From NCBI GenBank assembly GCA_030704615.1, contig CM060733.1, positions 68,324,001-68,388,000 of the forward strand: 64,000 nt of DNA. The letters run 5' to 3'. Below are positions 59,717 through 64,000 of this stretch, one piece after another. The position numbers and the translations under genes were made by a program. Source of the stretch: Takakia lepidozioides (Eukaryota; Plantae; Bryophyta). The stretch's first letter is position 1. Each line of letters begins with the position of its first letter. A model generated the notes under the pieces. That model searched no databases. It worked only from the letters and a program-made list of their open reading frames with translations, and had not been told where the DNA came from.

Positions 59717-60956
59717 ACATGAGGAACAGTTATCATTGACAGGGAACGACTGTGAGGGAACGACATCTGCAGAGGGAACGTGTTACTTCAGGGATGACGG
59801 TTGGTTAGTTAGGTGGTTAGAACAGCTTGCGGGCGGATAAGGAGAGCGGCAACGGAAAGAGGAGGATACTTCACGGGGAGCGCTTCTGGGTCATGCATGA
59901 GAGGAGATCAGGCGGAGAGGAAGAACGAGAGCACGGAGAAGCAGGAGAGATGAACAGTAGATGCTTGTTACATGCAAAGCTGTAGTGATACTGTAGGGCG
60001 GATTAGTGTCACCATGGCATTGGCCTTATACTGATAAATCATAATTTGATACTTATTCGATACAATCGCACTGCGTAGAGAGACATGAGTGAAGCTGTGG
60101 AATGAATGCATGATTAACTGGAAATTAGTAGATACTGAAGCAATCTGATGCTTCAGTATACACGGTAAGGTAAATTGATAACATGAAGGTGAGAAGGAAT
60201 ACAAATAGGAAGCACAACCATGATACACTAGCTGCAGGTCATGACTGATTGTTCTGAGCGGGCTGAGTGCTTAGAGATATCCAACTCTTCTATTTTGGAG
60301 TTTCCACCTCGGATAGCGAAGGGATGGGTGAGTAAAAGCCGCTTGACATTTGGCGACCATACTGGGGAACTGGGTTATGAACAACTAGATGTGACAGGCA
60401 TCTGGTGGGATCATGGTGGTTGGAGAATTAAAGAATTTGATGTGAATCAAATTCGTTGTGAAACTGAGAAGGAAAGATTGTCCAAACAATTCTTTGAGAG
60501 GTTCTTGGAATTGCCAGACGGTTGTAAAGAAAACATTCTTAAGAGAGTGCATGATGTTGACCCTGAGTGGGGTCTGGAGAAAGGGGTGATAAAGATTTAT
60601 TAGGTGGCCTGTAGAGGAAGAGCACGTTGGTTACCAACACTGGTTTATGTGATAGCATTGCTATCCATCAAGCGAGTAGAGTTTGAAGGCTGGGAGGAAA
60701 GGAAGGTGAATGTTTATACTCATATGCATGAAGAGCTTGTACTGGTAAAGAATTGGATTCCAAAGGATGTTCAGTGGATCAAACTCACACCAAGAACAGC
60801 TTTCCAGACTTGTTTGCCATATGGTTATATGGTAACGGAGACTTCTAGTATAGCCAAGGGTGCATTGAAGCTTGAAAGAAACCCAAGCATATACGAGAGA
60901 TACTACAGAAGATAGTTTTGGTTATTGCCACATTAAAGAAATGAAAGACATGGGAC

Positions 60957-62924
60957 ATGAGTGATGAAAGAGAAGCTAGACTCCAGAGATATTCAGCAAA
61001 AAGAGAAAGTTATCTGAAAGCTAATTATCCATATCTTTGGGAGAGAGGAATAGACATAGGGGAATCATCTGGACCTCTCACACCATTAAGATCAGAGAGT
61101 ACATCACCCATACTGGAAGAACTAGAGTTGGATGCCACTCCTTCTTTTTCTTTGCAAGAAAGATTAAGGGAATTGGTACTGGAAGAAGATCAACCACGAG
61201 GTGAAAGATCTGAGGTACATCCCTGGATAAAAGATTTGACAGAAATCTTTGATAAGAGTTGGCATGGAACACCAAAAGCAGGAACTCCAGTTTCTGAAAC
61301 GGAAGATGAAGAAGGAGGAGAGGATGTGGCAGAGCCAACGGAGAGTTCAGACTCTCCAACACCATTGCAGTTGAGTTACATGAGTGAAGAAGAAACCCAA
61401 GGGCAGAACTTGGAGGATGAAAACAGAGAGAAGAAATTGGAAGAGGAAGAGTATGAAGAAGTAGACCCAACAGCTGAGGTTGAGACTACAACCAGGACAT
61501 CCCAACCCGTTGGACCTGGATCAAGTGGAGCACTTGGATCACAGGCCAACGAAGGTGTCGGCTCAGGGGGATCAGGCGGGCAGCCTGGATCTGGCTCTGG
61601 GGGGACAGGGAGTGTGGGAAGTAGTGCAACTGGAGCTGGGAATACTGTGAATATAGTGGGGCCAGTAGCAGGGAGTGCTCAGGGGCCACCACTTGGTGGA
61701 AATTCCACCACAACTACAACAGGTCCTCAAGGACCAGCACGAGCAAGGGGGCCAACATCTGTCAGTGGGCAGAAGGTAGGGCCACAGATGGCGTTACAAC
61801 CAACACGGGCAAAACCACCTTTTCCAATATATTCAGGAAAAGGGGATCCTGATGTACACATTAGCCAATTTGAGCACATGTGTATTGTGAACAATGAGAA
61901 TGGCGATGATGCCAAGATGAGACTGTTTCCTTGTTCACTTATCAAGAAAGCAAGTGAATGGTATGCAAGATTCCCGGATAATCATTTCCTAACCTGGAAT
62001 GGCTTGAATACAACATTCCGAAATAGGTTCAGGACAAGTAAAACTGAGGATGAAGTGTATGGAAGTTTACAACAGTTAAAGCAAAAGAAGCATGAAACTG
62101 TTGAGGAGTATATGGAAAAGATGGAATTGTTGATGAAAAAGCTGGCTGCTGTACCAGCACCAGGTTTACAGAAGACTTGGTTTGTGAGTGGACTAAGACC
62201 AGAGTTGCAAAAGAAAGTGGATATGTTACCCCATAATACAGTGGAGGAGGCATTTGAAACAGCGAACAGAATTGAGCAATTGGGAATGCTCAGGAGAGAG
62301 AAAAAGGATGATGAGGACTCTGAGGATGAGTCAGATGAGGAAGAAGAGCAAGAGCTGAAAAGGAAGAGTAAGAGGAAGGAGAAGTTGAAGAGGGATAACT
62401 ATGAGAAAAGATTAGAAGAAATCTTGAAGAAGTATGCCACAGAGGCTGCAACACATTGGAGGAAGGGTGTTTGGTGTGCAAAGTGCCAGAATGAAGGCCA
62501 TACCACCACTGAATGCCACATGAAGGAGAAACATTGTACTATCTGTAAAATGGATAACCATTCTACTGAGAATTGTTACTACAACAGAAGGACAGCAGCT
62601 AGAGAACCTAGGCAAGTAAGGGTGCATCAAGTGCAGCCCCAGCCAAGAAGAAACAGTGATCAGGACCACTATGGTAGGCCTGGTGGTTATAACAATGGCA
62701 TGGAAGGGAGAGGTAATCCAAGAGGGAATTACCAAGGAAATTCCAGAGGCAACTATCAGGGTAATCCAAGGGGGAATTACCAGCCAGGGAATCAGGATTA
62801 CAGAAACAATTCCAGAACAGACCAAGGGCGAGGACCTAATGGGAAGAACTGTGTTACTATTGTAATCAGGCAGGCCATCGCAAGGCAGCCTGTCCATTCT
62901 GGATCAGACACCAGAATGAGATGA
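60957..62924 (+). CDS. B3 Gag (frameshifted near its end)
   Basis: 655-aa ORF with capsid motif KPPFPIYSGKGDPDVHISQFE and CCHC knuckles. Confidence 0.9.
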   Translation: MSDEREARLQRYSAKRESYLKANYPYLWERGIDIGESSGPLTPLRSESTSPILEELELDATPSFSLQERLRELVLEEDQPRGERSEVHPWIKDLTEIFDKSWHGTPKAGTPVSETEDEEGGEDVAEPTESSDSPTPLQLSYMSEEETQGQNLEDENREKKLEEEEYEEVDPTAEVETTTRTSQPVGPGSSGALGSQANEGVGSGGSGGQPGSGSGGTGSVGSSATGAGNTVNIVGPVAGSAQGPPLGGNSTTTTTGPQGPARARGPTSVSGQKVGPQMALQPTRAKPPFPIYSGKGDPDVHISQFEHMCIVNNENGDDAKMRLFPCSLIKKASEWYARFPDNHFLTWNGLNTTFRNRFRTSKTEDEVYGSLQQLKQKKHETVEEYMEKMELLMKKLAAVPAPGLQKTWFVSGLRPELQKKVDMLPHNTVEEAFETANRIEQLGMLRREKKDDEDSEDESDEEEEQELKRKSKRKEKLKRDNYEKRLEEILKKYATEAATHWRKGVWCAKCQNEGHTTTECHMKEKHCTICKMDNHSTENCYYNRRTAAREPRQVRVHQVQPQPRRNSDQDHYGRPGGYNNGMEGRGNPRGNYQGNSRGNYQGNPRGNYQPGNQDYRNNSRTDQGRGPNGKNCVTIVIRQAIARQPVHSGSDTRMR

Positions 62925-64000
62925 GAGCTCCTGTGAATGAGGGCCAGTGGTGGCAGCTCACATGGTTAGGCCATGTGTTGTACCAGAAGTAAGTACAATG
63001 ATAGTAACAAGAAGCAAAGCCAAACTAATACCTCCAGTAGATGAGGAAGATGATGATAATGAAGATGGCAGTGATGTGCCTGAAGATGATGAGGCTTGGA
63101 GAGATGAGAAGGAACTGCACAAGGAAGTGGCAGATACCATAAGGGAAATGCAGAAGAGTACTGATATTCCTATGGCAGATTCCTCTGATTCTGAAAGAGA
63201 AGAGGAAGTGAGTGAGGATGAAGGGAAGAAAGAAGCTGCAGACATGCAGAGTAATGAAGGGACTTTGGCTGAAGTAATATGCCAGTCCAAAGCGGAGATT
63301 ACCATTGGACAGCTATTGGCTGTGGCACCTTATTGTAGACACAGGCTGTATCAAGCAATCAATCGAATTGCCCATGTGACAGGGAACACAGACCTGAACA
63401 GCAAGGTGACCAGTTATAATGTGAAGCCGGAAGGGCGAGAAACAGTCATGGACTTTGATGATTCTATGCCAGTAATCCAATTGAGAATTGGAAGCACAGA
63501 ACTAACTGACTGATAGATGGAGGCTCTGGAGTGAATATCATGACAGACCAATTAAGGCAGAAGCTTGGTCTAAGTAACATGAAACCAGCCCCATTTACAG
63601 TAACAATGGCAGATCAAAGAAGTGTACAGCCATTGGGATTGATAAGAGGAGTTAAGATACAGATTCAAAAGATGATCTTTATGATCACAGTAACTGTGTT
63701 GAAAATGGATGAAGTCATGGAAGCTTACTCCTTATTGTTGGGACGTCCGTGGCTGAAACAGGCCAGGGTATTCCATGACTGGAATTCCCAGTTACTAACT
63801 GTGCATGATGGGATGCACAAGATACAAATTACCACTAAGAAATCTAGTAGATTACCTGCTACGAGAAGACCTCGAGGGGTCAGGGAGTATGACTGGAGGG
63901 GAAGGACTTGATGAGGAGCAGGAAGCTACCCTGTTCGCTGCACACCCAGAGTGGGAGCAGGTTGCAGAGATGCAGCTGGAAGGCCTAAGTTGTTTAAAAG

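Larger units (their letters stand above)
59392..64000 (+). mobile_element. Family B copy B3 (5' LTR 59392-60348, PBS 60351, ORF1, gag, protease; runs off the window)
   Basis: TGTTAGAGG...TTGACA, then TGGCGACCATACTGGGGA; gag ORF 60957-62924 is nearly identical in protein to B1. Confidence 0.94.

Overview
Eukaryotic nuclear DNA from a green plant, probably a non-seed land plant (inferred from the gene and TE content). One intact host gene sits at 8609-19725 on the minus strand: a 9-exon PTST1 homolog (coiled coil plus CBM48, about 291 aa) whose introns hold RTEX-like LINE pieces. The rest is a nest of transposable elements. (A) A chromovirus Ty3/Gypsy family with 726-bp LTRs and a tRNA-Met PBS. 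(B, C) Two related non-chromoviral Ty3/Gypsy families with an Arg-type PBS and an extra ORF upstream of gag that carries an F-box-like motif. (D) A solo LTR. Also four pieces of a Mutator-like (MULE) family (GCM-type zinc finger, DDE, SWIM; short TIRs with CATGAGC subterminal repeats; one copy has a 9-bp TSD), a TTAA-flanked piggyBac-like MITE and a CACTA fragment. The most unusual item is a decayed gene of about 4 kb (minus strand, 53600-57600). It encodes a ParB/Srx-like domain and a beta-class amino-methyltransferase-like domain and runs directly into a MULE terminus, so it is a candidate transposon-borne chromatin or anti-silencing accessory gene. All coordinates and translations were read by eye; no database searches were run.
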